Positions 21,901 to 33,815 of a stretch of DNA of 64,000 nt are shown in pieces. The notes under the pieces were generated by a model. The model did no database searches. It saw only the letters and a list, made by a program, of their open reading frames with translations, and was not told the DNA's origin. The translations under genes and the position numbers were made by a program. The stretch spans positions 434,001 to 498,000 of the forward strand of contig OZ025686.1 in assembly GCA_964019335.1 (NCBI GenBank), given 5' to 3'. Numbering within the stretch: the first letter of the stretch is position 1; each line of letters starts with the position of its first letter. Origin of the DNA: Diplonema japonicum (taxonomy: Eukaryota > Protista > Euglenozoa: Diplonemea).

Positions 21901-24900
21901 GAAGGCGGACATAGTCTCCATGAAGATAAACAGATTGAAACCCAGCTCCAAAGCGCTGTCCTTTCCATCCCACTGTGACGGCTTCCTGTTGGCCCAGCAC
22001 TGATCGAGCGTCATCCCGATGAGGCCTAGATCCAGTGTCTTCAGGAGCGTCTTAGGGGGGTCCCTGTCTTGACAGCCCTCGAGCAGTGCCAACAACGTGA
22101 TGGTCGCGGCGTTCCTCACAAGATCCGTCTCCTCCTGTGAGATCCTGTTGTCAGTAAGCTCTGCGTACTCTGTCGATAGCACCGTCGTCACCTCGTTGGC
22201 GACATGAGAATGAACGATGGCGTTCTGGTTTTCTTTACAAGGACCTTGGCAGTACTCAGTAAGAGAGTTGAACCCTTGCAGCACGATCTCCATCAGATAA
22301 GAGTCCATTTGTGCCACGCGCAACACAAGTAGTGCCTTCAGCAAGAGGATAGACTCCTTCACCAAATCCATTGAGTGCAAGTTGTCAGGTTGAGAGTGTA
22401 TGTAGTTCTGCAGCGGTAGGTTGTGCCCTTCGCAGAACAGTTGAAGCAACCTGAGGGTATCCTTCACGTGCCACAGGTTTGTTTCCAGGTAGAAAGGCTT
22501 GTTCTCTTTCTCGTTGTCAGTTGTCTGCAGCAGCCTTGGTGTGGGTGGTTGGGCAGTGTTCTCCATGATCCTGCGCTTTTCTCTCATTTGAGCTTCTTTT
22601 GTCTGTGCTACAGCTCTCTGCATTCTAGTTCTCAGCGATGCAAAAAAATTCTCGTCATGAAGAGTGTCGAAGTACTCCATGAGCCTGCCTTGGACCTGCA
22701 CGTTGCCGTCCTCCAGTAAGGCAATCCCGAAAAGCAGCGCTTGGTGTGCAATTTCCTCGTTGACGGGAGCTTCGATGAGGGTAGTGACAAGCTCTGTGCC
22801 GCCTATCTCGTCAAGAAGGTTCTGCATGGCAACCATACCCTTCTCGTTCTTCGACTCCTTCGCGTGGAAGATCATCCTGCGCAGTACCCTCAGCAGTAGT
22901 GTGATGCTCGATGCATCATCGTACGGGTTGTCCTTGAAGTGGTGGATGAGGTGTCGTGTGAAGCTCAATGCCATGAGTCCATTGATGTTGTTGCTAGATG
23001 AGGGCATCACCTGCTCCTTGTGCTGCGAGACGTCTTGCGTGAGAAGCTCTGCGAACTTGATGACCGCCTGGTGCTCAGACTGCCCGCTCGACGGTACTGA
23101 AAACTTGTCGTCAAGCTCCTGTTCCTCGCCGTCGTCCTCGGCCAGGCATCTACACAGGATCTTGAAGGCAATATGAAACAGTGCCGTGTGGCGTTTGTAT
23201 ATTGTGCAGCAGATTAGGATTTTCACAAGAGCCCTGCGCCCTACAATGTCTCCATCAGGGCTGGCCACGACAAGGGAATCCTCCACCCACGCTCCTACAG
23301 GTCTGCCCATCTTGTAGATGGCGTCTAGTATCTTGCACCCGACAAGCTTGCACTCCATGATAACGTTGTTTTCTGCATTGGGCACGAACCTGTTGTCCGG
23401 CATGCGCACCTCGTACAGGCTGTCCTCGATGGCACGCACAATGTTCGACCACTCACTGGAGCTGCTCTGCAGACCTGTTTCCTTCTCCCGTTCGTCACGC
23501 GTCGAGGTCGACTCTAGAATATCATCTGTCGGATCGATCACCTTGCACACAACAGGCACAAGCGACTCCAGCTCGTGCGGCTTGAAGAACATTCTCTCGA
23601 TCAAGAACATGCAGCACCTCAGCGTCTCGCACAACAACCTGTTCTTTTGGATATGTGGCACCACCAACCGTGTGCTCGAAGCCAGGTCTCTACACAGCAA
23701 CGATTTGATACTATCGATAAATGCGGCTTGGTTCTCTGGGACGTCTGCTGTCTCCGGCCCACTCGAAGGGTGGAAGTACAGCACTCTAGCTAGTTCCAAG
23801 AAACCCGTCCTCACTGCATCCTCGGACCACTTCCCCCTGTCGAGGGCTGCTAGGATGTGGCTACGTGGCACTCTGTCGCTGATGATTCTAGCACACTCCT
23901 CGTTGTCGGTGGCAATGGCGGCATACAGATGGAGCTGTCTCTCGAAGTACTTGACAGTTGCTGCTGTCTCGCGTGTCACGAACTCGCTGAGGGACACCCA
24001 TCTGCCGTCGTTGTCAGGTGCAGTTTCCAGGAACATCCCAGAGCCTGCTTGGTCCCACTCGGCACTCTCGGGGTCAGCACAAGGCGATAATGCCTCCCTG
24101 TTATGGGAGGGCAGCAGCTGTATCCACAACCCACCACCCTGCAATTGCGTTCTGAACAAGATGGGGAACAATGTAGGCGTTTTTGTTTCCATCAAAAGCT
24201 TGCTTATCAGACTCTGTGGCCTGAACTGTCCATGACCATTGCACACACAGCAAGCTGCAAGAAGGTTCAAGTAGCTGGGACTCCGTCCGAACCTCGGAAC
24301 TAATTTTACAAATTTCTCAATGAGTTCATCCGAGAGCTCCCTGAGCACAGGTTCGTTATCGTGCAGGATGGCGTGCAGGGTGTCTGTGGTGTTTAGGCGG
24401 TACCCCGACTGCCCCCAGAAAAAGTTGGAGAAGTATGTTAGGCGGACCGCCATGTCGGGCGACCCCAACACCATCTGCCTGATTAGCTTGTATCCAAGCC
24501 GCATGATGAGATGCAGCACACGGTACTTCTCCTCTTGAATGTCGGCGATGCTAAGCCCACCATGTTCGACACTGCGTGACTTGTCGAAGTCGTCGCTGTC
24601 GGAGTCCTGCAAAGGGGTGAAGGGGACCTTTAAGAGACGGATGATGTGGTAGTGGATGTCCTGTTCGAACAGCATCCTCTGATAAGAGGACACAGGTCGT
24701 GATGCAATCCTGCAGGCTGCTGCGGCAGCAACACGTGCGTCTCTGTGCTTTGTAGGGAGGTACAGACACTTTGGGTGCGCCCACTCGCTGTCCTCTACGC
24801 CGGACACGAACGAGATCAGTGACGACAATGCCATGGTCGTGTCAATGAGCATCTGACGCACGGACGATCGCCACGATGAGGCCAGCAAGTGCTTCACCAT

Positions 24901-27426
24901 CTTCTTGATGAGTTTGCTTGAGCTTTGCGACGTCCTGCACGGTGGCAGCCGCATGGTTCTCAGATGCTCTCGCGACACGTACTGTGGATCTTCGCCCGAT
25001 GCAGCGATGTTCCATTTAACTTTCGGAGTATTCTTCTTGAGGCTCGTCCTGCTACTTGTCTGTGCGGCAGCGAACGATGAGAAGGACACATTCATCTGAG
25101 CGCTGCGCCTCCTTCCAGGACTCCCCGAGCCCGTTGGTTGGAAACCAAGAGGTGTCAAGAAAGGTGTCTTTTGGGGAATAGGGATAGGAATAGGAATGAC
25201 GTGTGAAGGTGTCCTGGCCTGCATGAACTCAGCGCTGTCATCCGTGTCTGAGTCATCTGCGATCTGGACGTCGAATGCCTTGGGGGCTGCTTCGAAGGCG
25301 GCAACAACATCGTCGCTGTCATCCTTCACCTCCACACCGTTGATGAACAGGATACGCATACCAGTACGCATGCCTGCCTTTTCCGCTTCACCACCAGCAG
25401 TCACTTGCGATATCAAGTTCCCTGTGCACACAATACCCAGTTTGTGGCCTGTTTTCTTTAGCCAGAAGAGGCTTCGCGACGTCCTCCTTGCAGTATGCGT
25501 GCTGGAGACACGTGTAATGGGGACGGACCCACAGGGGCTGCAGGTCTCAGGGGTTTTCGACCCTCCGAAAGAGATAGGCTTGGAGTTCACCCTCACAGGT
25601 GAACACGGAGCCGACGGGGAGGTGGATGTGGAGGCAGAGGAGGTGTTATCCCCGTCGCTGATGTCTTCAGACTTGCAGAACGTGAACTGTTCGATCGATT
25701 CTTTGGTTCGGGGCGAGTGCTGCGGACGCTCCGCCTGCGTCTGCTCTGTCAACACTGAGTTAACAGCATTGAGCAGTCTCGCAGTGTCCTCCCTGCAAAC
25801 ACGAGGAGATGAGGACCTTGTGCTGCTATTTCCTTGCACCTTGTCCCCAGGAGTCAACGACCCTTTGGACCTGTCTCTCGCTTGCAACGGCCTGGGCGAG
25901 TTCGTCCGAGACCTGTCACCCGTGAGCTGCAGCACCTCGTCCCAGAACTCAAAGGTTTGCTTCGTCGCCAGCCTGTCGGCCGCCTCTCTCAGCAGAGGCA
26001 CAATGCTCACCACCCTCCGCACAGAGCACACAGTGGACCAGTCAACTTGCTGGATGCAAAACAAGTCTTCGTAAATAACTTTTGTGACCAAACCAGCGCG
26101 TAGCCGCTGCTCGTCGGCCTTCATGCTCCTCCTGTTAGTGTCGGGGATGTCGTCGAAGCAGGAGGGCATCAATTTCGAGAAATGATCAGAGCCGCTGCAG
26201 TGCAGCCACGTACCGCTGATAGTAAGCTCCACCCTGGCGTAGGTTGTCTCCCCAATGACCTCCTCTGCGTCATCGAAAGGGTAGAAGGTGATGAGCGACC
26301 CGTCAGCTGACGACAGTTCTGTCTCCGTCTCAAGCTCCAGGAGTGACTCCGCTAGCTTTAGCTTCGGGGTGCCCCTTCGCAGGGTGTCTGCTCGTTTGTA
26401 AGCGCACAGGTACCTACCTGAGGCAAGATGCCGTAGACGGTAGTGGTAATCCCGTGCGTACCCACCTGCCAGCAACACCCCACCCCGTATGATCTCGTGG
26501 GACTCGACGATCCATATCGCGTTGCTGGTGAATGAAGGGTCGCGGCCTGTCTGCCCTGCACGGGGCTTGCACTTGTTGAAGTACACCTCATCTGTGTCCT
26601 CGTCAGCGGCGAGGAGTGGGAGGCCTTCAAGGTAGGCATCGGTTTCTTTGTGAAGCAGTGTGATGGCGCTGCCTGCAGTAAGGGGGGGTGCGGAGGGAGC
26701 GGAGCTGTTGAGGATGTAGGCGTCGATCTCACGCTGGGTGTCGAAGGTGTCGATGACCCACACGGCCTCGGGTCCCGACAGGGTGGGGACAAGTTCGAGG
26801 GCACGCTCGGGGCTCTTCTCGTTGATATGTCGGTGACCGAAGAAGGAGCAGCTGGGGTACCGGCCACCTACTGAAAGGAGGCACCCTGGGACTGCAACGC
26901 TTTCAAGCACTACTTGTTCGCCAGCTCTGACGGACTCGCCTTCCTCTCGTATTTTGCCACGGGGGAGGATCCGAAAGGTGTCTTCGAGAGTTTCCTTCCC
27001 TTCTCGGTGGACAGTGAGAGACACTGCGGGTTGGGCATAAAGATCGTCTTCATAGTCTTCTTCTTCTTCGTCCGAGAGCACGCCTGGAGGGGCAGTGCGT
27101 CCCCGGGCCTGCGCCTTGCTGCTGGACACAGACAACTGCTGCTGCGATGTGACGTTGACGAGTTTCACGCACCGCCCGTAGGTAATGGTGGACCCTTCAT
27201 CATGGGGGGAGCTGTACTCATCCACATGGGACCGCTTGATCGCAAAGATGCACCGTTCAAAGGCAATGGGTGTTGGCTGATCTACCAGCCCCTGGGGATG
27301 GATCGTAACCACAGGAAAACACACCCCATTGGTGAAGCTCGCCCCTAAATGCCCTTCCGTGTGAACATTCTCGAAGCACAACCGGTCTCCGAACCGTAGC
27401 TCGGGGGCCCCACCCTGGAAGGCCAT
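18933..27426 (-). CDS. ITPR: Inositol 1,4,5-trisphosphate receptor-like Ca2+ release channel with internal PDZ domain (~2769 aa, 5 introns)
   Basis: MIR-type YRLRHLASGRYL, RIH-associated LRLLQLFCEGHN..LQNY and SLTEYCQGPCKENQ, pore filter GGGIGD, LNIIFGIIIDTFAELR, CFICG. Introns 21372-21405, 21274-21305, 20064-20098 (restores VIRSVTKNGRS), 19601-19636 and 19149-19195. Confidence 0.93.
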
Positions 27427-28416
27427 CTCCTGGATAAAAACATTCAGATTGAGTGATGGAGATGAAAGAAATAATACAGAAGATAAAAGTGAGGGTAGGA
27501 AGGGGGGGATGTTGGTTGTTTGTTTTTTTCTTCTTCTGAGACAACTCATCATGTATGTAAAGTACCAGAACTGAAAAAAAAAAGGGGGGAATTGGGTGTA
27601 TTAGTGATAGGTAGGCTAAAAAAAGGGGGTGAACAACAAAGACATCAAGAAGAGCGGTGGCAAAACCCCGTACTAGAGGTCTACCCTTTGGCGGTGGGGG
27701 TTTTTTATCTTTTCGCTATTACCTCCCCTCTTTTTTTGTTTTTGTTTTCCTTTTTTTTTGGAGCCTCACCTTGCGAGGGTCTTGTAACAGAGATGAGGTG
27801 AAAGAGGCCAAAAAATGAGAGAGGAAAAAAAAAAAAGAACTGTTGATTTATGAAATAAACCTAACTTTTTTTGGTTAGTCCTGTGCGCCGGGTCTGCTTG
27901 CAGCTCAATGGCACAGCTTACTCAGCTATAAGCAGTCATAGTCTGGTCCCTATGCATTTTTTTTTTCTAACCAAAAAATATTGGATTCTCGGATGAGAAG
28001 AATAAACTATTCTGGAGACACTTTCCTTTCATTTTTTTCAGCCCCCCCCCTTTTTTTTTACTAAAAAGGGGGGGTGGTTTTTTTAAAATATAAAACCCTC
28101 CCGATGAATAGTATAGAAGGAAGAAAAAAAAAAAGGATGCTTTCGGTTGTCACGTTTCAAGTAAACGTTTTTTCTTTTTTTTTTCTTTTTCTTTTTTCCT
28201 GCCGCTCACCCCCATTTCCCCTCCTGTTCTAAGGGATTCCGAGGGCCTGGTGCATTGTACTCACGCGTCTGCTGCGCTGGGTGAAGTACTGGCTCTTCAG
28301 GCTTGGGGGGCCGCGCTTTAAAGGTTCATTCTCACTGGGTCTTAGGTGGTCCGTCAATCGGAGCCCACCTGAGTGTGTTTCGCCGGTAAGGAGAGAAAAA
28401 AAAATGAAGGGGTTAA

Positions 28417-29486
28417 CCCTTAGACGCCCAGGGGGGGGGGGGTAATTGATTTTCGAAATTTTTCGATTTTGGGTCTTTGCTGGCATTGGGTCAAACATGC
28501 TTCAGTCTTGAGGTTATTTTTTTTGATTCGAGGTACGCATTTGAAAGATTTGAAAGATTTGCGTTCATTCCACTAAATATTTAGTGTTTTCGACCCATGG
28601 AGGTGCATCGACCGGATGCCATGAGTTCATTTGCTTTTCCTGGAAATCATGCATGCGAAACTCGCTAAAATCTCAGTGTGCATGGGGGGTGTTCACTGTT
28701 CTGGTGCCTGCGGTGACTGTTTGTCGCAATGAGATGGACGGCATCTGGGCGAGAAACATTTACATGAGTTGTGCAAGGCAGGGAGGCAATTTGGTTCGAG
28801 GAGGTGCCAGAGGTATGCACCCTCGGTTTGGCGTTGGCCGGGAAGGCTGACCGTCCTGAGCATTTCTGGACTTCCGCTTACCCGGGTGGAGGTGAGCACT
28901 CTCTTCCTTTTTCCAGCTGCTCTGGCGTCACGACGGTCACAATTTCAGGATTGCACCATCCCGGCACATTCCTTTGCTTTGAACTACTTTCGCTTGGGAT
29001 AATCCTGTGGGCTGTGGCAGACGGGTGGCCTTCTCACTTCTCTGGGGCCACCTGTTTCGCAGGATCCCAACCGGACCCATAGCTACATCGTCATCGCGGT
29101 CCTGGTAAATAAAAAAGAAACGAGGATTGAGGTAGAGAGGTGGATTTAACCCATATGAACATTGCAGGTCGACGGGAACTGCTCCCGTTGTGTGCTGGCA
29201 TGTTGATTTTGATAAGGCCTAGTGACTCGGGGGAAAAAAAAAAAAAAAAGAGGGAAAAAATCATGGAAAAAATCATGAAAATCCGGAAAATGCCCATTTT
29301 TGGTGTCACCCAGTGTCTCGGCACCCCGTTCTGGGATGAAGTTATGAGGTTTCAGATGGATACATTTTCAATATCTTTCCATTCCATCTTTTTTTTATGA
29401 AAACCGATCCGAGGCTTTGGTCTAGATGACCACAGAACAATTACACCTATTAACTGCTTCTACAGAAGCAGTTAGGCGTTTAAGGG
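28417..29486. mobile_element. Non-autonomous piggyBac-like element (1070 bp)
   Basis: TTAA at 28413-28416 and 29487-29490. Terminal inverted repeats CCCTTAGACGCC / GGCGTTTAAGGG match at 11 of 12 nt. Sub-terminal perfect palindrome at 29451-29474. No transposase ORF. Confidence 0.8.
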
Positions 29487-30387
29487 TTAAGGGAAAGAAA
29501 AACGACACAAGTACCGCATGACACAGACCACACAACAATAAAAGAAGAAAAAAAACAGAATACGGAAAAAAAAAAAGAAAAAAAAAAGCGGGGCTGAGTA
29601 GAGGAGGGTGCGAAAAAAAGTGCAAGGGTACTAACATTTTTTTTTCTCTTTTCTTTTCTTTTTTTTTTCTTTTCTTCACGTTCATATTTAAATCACCTCT
29701 GCGAAAGATAAAAAAAAAAAATTAATAGCGTTGTTGTTGTTATAAATTATTAATAATTTCGAGTTATGACTCCATTTTCCACAAATAGTCGTTCTTTTTT
29801 TTTTCTTCTATTTCTTTTTCTTTTTAATACTGACTGAATGTGATTTTGTTGTTGCAAAAAAAAGAAAGAAGAAAACAAAAGGAGGGAGAAAAAAAAAAAG
29901 AAACCACACACCACTGCAAAGGGATAGAATTTCAAATTCACCTGCTATTTTTTTTTTAAACGATCAGCAACCTGACACCTGATACAGTTATAGAAAAAAA
30001 AAAATCTCACCACCCACCGAGCACAGGAGACTCGGTGAAGGGAGGGAGGGAGAGTGAAAAAAAAAAGAGAAGACAGAGATCATGCACAATACCTTCTTTT
30101 TCTTTTTCTCTCGAAAAAAATAAAAAAAAACAAAATAAACGTGAACACGTAGCACACAACAAAAAAAAAACTCCTTTTTTTTCCCCCCCCTTCATCTGTT
30201 CATACATTTTTGATCCCTTCCGTTTTTTTTTTTTTTTTTTTTTTTTTGCTACACAGGGAAAAAAGAAAAATATAAAAACAAAAAAAATGGGGAGGGAATA
30301 GAAAAAAAAATCAACATTATTCTCACATGGGGATACACAAAAAAAAATCTTTTTTTTTTTCAACTTGAAAACTGTAAACACGATAGG

Positions 30388-32040
30388 TTACCTGCTTGCA
30401 CACACTTTGCTAACAAGAGCTACCAGTTTCTGGAAAATAGGAGTACCAAGCCCGGTAGCTGCATCCCAGCCTTTGATAGCATACCAACCAGCGCCAGTGT
30501 TGTAGCCTATGGCATTTGACCCAAGGGTGATATCGGTAAAGGCAGATGGGTTTTGATAAAGAAGCGAGTTCAGAAAACCCAAGGACTTCCCGGATTTCTT
30601 GAGACAAACCTCGTTGAGCTGAGTCACCATTCCAGCGAAGGATGGGGCAGAGCAACTGGTGCCGTACTCTGCATACCAATTACCGCCGTCGAGCACTGTG
30701 AAAGATTCACCAAGAAGGGATATGTCGGGGGTCCCACGGCCATTCGGGGCCCATGTTGCCCCGCCACCCGGTTTCAAAACCGTTTTCATGTACTCCTTCA
30801 CAAGCGGTTCCTGCCAGGATGCCATTGGGAAATCCCATGAAAAACCACCCCCTGAACCAAACTCTATAGTAGCCTCCTCTTCCCCTTGAACTCCAACCGT
30901 GAAGAATGTGGACCCTACCGATGTCACATATGGCGACGATGCTGGGAATGAAGGTGTTAATTTCCCATTATTGGTGCCTTGGTCCGTGTTGCCTCCAGAC
31001 CCATCATCTCCTGAGGATACTATTACGGATATCCCGAGTCCTGCTAACTTTTGCATGTCTTGCGAAAACCTAGCCATACAGGATTTCGTGCAGAAATCGA
31101 TTAGCTGCGAACCGTAACTAATGCTGATGACCCACGGGAAGACGGGTGAGCTGGTTGCATTGGAGCTGAACGCCAACAAGTCAGAACAGAAGTCTGTATT
31201 TGGGTATGAGTAGACCCATGTTGTGGCCGTGTTGCTGACCGTCATAATGTACTCAGTGTCCGTCATTGACTCCAGACCCGGTTTGCCGTCGTTGTTAGGC
31301 CCGCTGTAGAAGGAGATCTCGCAGGGTTTGTTGTTGTTGTACTGAACGCAGAAGTTGCTGAGATCTGCCCCGCTGACGTACTCTCCTTGAAACTGTACGA
31401 TTGCTTGCAGGTTGGGCCTCCCCGATGCTGGCTGGTCGGTTACATTGTACGTCTTGCGTAGAATTGATGGAATCACTTGTCCAGCTGACTGCGGTCCGAG
31501 AGGTTTCCTCTTTCGTCTTGGAGACGGGTTTAAAGGAAAACCGTGGAATCCCGTAAACACATCGATGATGTCGGCGATCCTCCTCGGGACGTGTACACCA
31601 GATGTCAGCCTCCATAACACAGCACCGGTTTCGTGGAGATATACCTTAAACACACCATTTACCATTTCTTCCAGTTGGAGTACTGTTGCATGGCCGTGAA
31701 GGTAGTCCATGTGAGGGTGGGCCGTGAGAGGCCCGGTTCCTTTGAACCATGTCTTTACCTCGTCTATGTTGGCTTTTCCTGGGTTCACCAAAGCTGCCAT
31801 GTCATTATATGAAAGGTGTTGCAAGAACCTTGCGTGGTGTGGGTTGCTTACCTCATCGGCCGTTTGTTGCAGAGCTTCTTTAGACCTCCTGGTCATCCCG
31901 ATGGTCACTCTGAACACAACTGTTTTATCGACTGTGGATGTGTTGTCCTCTGTCCAGCCTTTTGGAATGACAGATGGTTCGTGAAGACGGACCCAGTCAG
32001 TCTGCACTGACAGGGTCACCGCTAGCAGAAGAAGATGCAT
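30388..32040 (-). CDS. Tripeptidyl-peptidase I / sedolisin (peptidase S53) precursor
   Basis: Signal peptide, prodomain (VSNPHHARFLQHLS), ESMTD (ExxxD), SISYG, SSGDDG, GTSCSAP, GWDAATGLGTP. Confidence 0.93.
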   Translation of the reverse strand: MHLLLLAVTLSVQTDWVRLHEPSVIPKGWTEDNTSTVDKTVVFRVTIGMTRRSKEALQQTADEVSNPHHARFLQHLSYNDMAALVNPGKANIDEVKTWFKGTGPLTAHPHMDYLHGHATVLQLEEMVNGVFKVYLHETGAVLWRLTSGVHVPRRIADIIDVFTGFHGFPLNPSPRRKRKPLGPQSAGQVIPSILRKTYNVTDQPASGRPNLQAIVQFQGEYVSGADLSNFCVQYNNNKPCEISFYSGPNNDGKPGLESMTDTEYIMTVSNTATTWVYSYPNTDFCSDLLAFSSNATSSPVFPWVISISYGSQLIDFCTKSCMARFSQDMQKLAGLGISVIVSSGDDGSGGNTDQGTNNGKLTPSFPASSPYVTSVGSTFFTVGVQGEEEATIEFGSGGGFSWDFPMASWQEPLVKEYMKTVLKPGGGATWAPNGRGTPDISLLGESFTVLDGGNWYAEYGTSCSAPSFAGMVTQLNEVCLKKSGKSLGFLNSLLYQNPSAFTDITLGSNAIGYNTGAGWYAIKGWDAATGLGTPIFQKLVALVSKVCASR

Positions 32041-32436
32041 TGTGTGGTGTGTGTTCTCCCCTCTTCACTGTGGTAGTGGTAGGGGTTTTTTTTTATTAAA
32101 GAGGGTAAAAAAAAAAAATGTAAAATTACTTAATTTTTTTACCCCCCCCCCGATGCAGATTCTGCTCGATTAGCTCCCCCCTCCCCGAGCTGCGTCAACC
32201 CAAAATATAAAAAAGGGAAAAAAAAAAAAGAAAAAAAAAACCAACAACAGGGATCAAAACCAGAGAGTTTTCTACGATGAGGGTTTTTCATAAGGGGGGG
32301 AGAAACCTTTTCTCATTTTTTTTTCTTTGGAAACCCATCCACCATAATATTTTTTGTCAAAAAGTTTTTTTTTTTTTTTTACAATAAAAAAAAAAAAAAA
32401 AAAGAAAACACTTCTTTTTTTTCACCCTCCTCCGCC

Positions 32437-33300
32437 TCACAACTCCTCGTCGGATGCCACGCCATGCTTCTCCTCGATGTTCTTCAGGAGCTCTTGCTCC
32501 TTACCGGCCCAGTGTTTCAACAGTTTGGGGAGTTTCTTAAGCGTCTTCGGAGATTTGATTTGCAGGATTTTTTCCACGCGGGCAAGCATCGCGAGGCGTT
32601 CCTCCTCAACACGAGTTGCTTCGTCTTTAATAGCTTGCAGTCTAGCTGCCTCAATGGCATCTGCGTCATCAAGCTTCTTCTTTATCCTCCGTGCCTCTGG
32701 GTAGGTGATCTTGTAACACCTGTTGATGACCGAAAGGTCTGGGTACTCCGAGAGTGCGGAATTGCCCTTTTCAACTAACGCCCGTTGCTGTGAGCTGAGA
32801 TCCCCGTAGTTATAATGAATGGCGTCGAAGAAAGCGGTGCGCTCACGAGCATCGTAAATACGGCCAACGGGCACCTCGTGTTCACGTTTGCCAAGCTTGT
32901 CACCACGAGGCGAGTCAGCAATGAACATGTGTGTGCTTCTCGTCCCAGGCCCGCTCCCTGCGAAGGAGACAATGCCCGACGTGAACGGTACCACGCCCAT
33001 AGGGTCGTCCTTGATTATCTCGTCGTGCATTTTTTGAAGATCGGGGTCGGCCGCAATGCCGAACTGCACCACGAAGTTTTTGATGGCCCTGTATATGAGC
33101 TGCCCGTCGAAAAAGCCTGCTCCCACAAGCTCCATGAACTTGTTGTACCCGTGTGGAGCCCATTTTTTGTACATTTCCAAGGTAAAGTCACCGGCTGTCG
33201 TCTCGCATCTTATGTAAGCATCGCCTTTCTCCCAAGCAACACCCTCGCACACCCCTGCAAGGGTGAGAGCAACTATTAGTGTAACTGTTGTCCTCAGCAT
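32437..33300 (-). CDS. Secretory-pathway cyclophilin-type PPIase with C-terminal helical extension
   Basis: Signal peptide MLRTTVTLIVALTLAGVCEG; ETTAGDFTLEM...WAP...FFDG..IYRAIKNFVVQFG; ends SDEEL. Confidence 0.88.
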   Translation of the reverse strand: MLRTTVTLIVALTLAGVCEGVAWEKGDAYIRCETTAGDFTLEMYKKWAPHGYNKFMELVGAGFFDGQLIYRAIKNFVVQFGIAADPDLQKMHDEIIKDDPMGVVPFTSGIVSFAGSGPGTRSTHMFIADSPRGDKLGKREHEVPVGRIYDARERTAFFDAIHYNYGDLSSQQRALVEKGNSALSEYPDLSVINRCYKITYPEARRIKKKLDDADAIEAARLQAIKDEATRVEEERLAMLARVEKILQIKSPKTLKKLPKLLKHWAGKEQELLKNIEEKHGVASDEEL

Positions 33301-33815
33301 TTTTTTTTTTTGTTTGCTCCTCCTTTTTTTTTTGTAAATATAATGTGTGTAGGAGAAAATTTTGCTGGGAGGGGGGAATGAGTCTTTCACTATAATGGGG
33401 GTGTACCCCCCCCCAAAAAAAGTTTTTTCTGCTATCTTTTTTTTTCTCTTCTTTTTTTCTTCCCCATACCACGCTTTTGCCATTCTCCCCTTTTTTTCTT
33501 CTCCAGGGAAAAAAAAGAAAACCATAAAATAGATAAAAAAGTCCAAATTAGACCCGCCTGCATTGTTTCCTCCTCTTTTTTTTTCCTTCTTTCTTTTCTT
33601 TTTTTTTGTCCTCACAAAAAAAAAGTAAAGGGGGGAGAGGGGTTTGTGCATAGTTCAGCTCTTCGATACTACATTTTCATCGGCTTCAAGAACGTCACAA
33701 GCAGGGGGGTGAAGGGAAGAGAGCATGGGAGGATTCACGTTTTCTTAAAACAAACAAACAAAGCAAAGAAGTATTCAAACATCCCCCTGTCCCCCCTTTT
33801 TTATTGTTTTCTTCT

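Noticed and set aside
27885-27945. SECIS element (ATGA-stem-AA-stem-GA, minus strand)
   Set aside because: The 3' GA is out of register for the kink-turn quartet, and no upstream gene has an in-frame TGA.
28280-28390. Type II hammerhead (GGC-GAAAC ... CTGAAGA-GCC, minus strand)
   Set aside because: Stem II is plausible, but no compatible GUH site or stem I was found.
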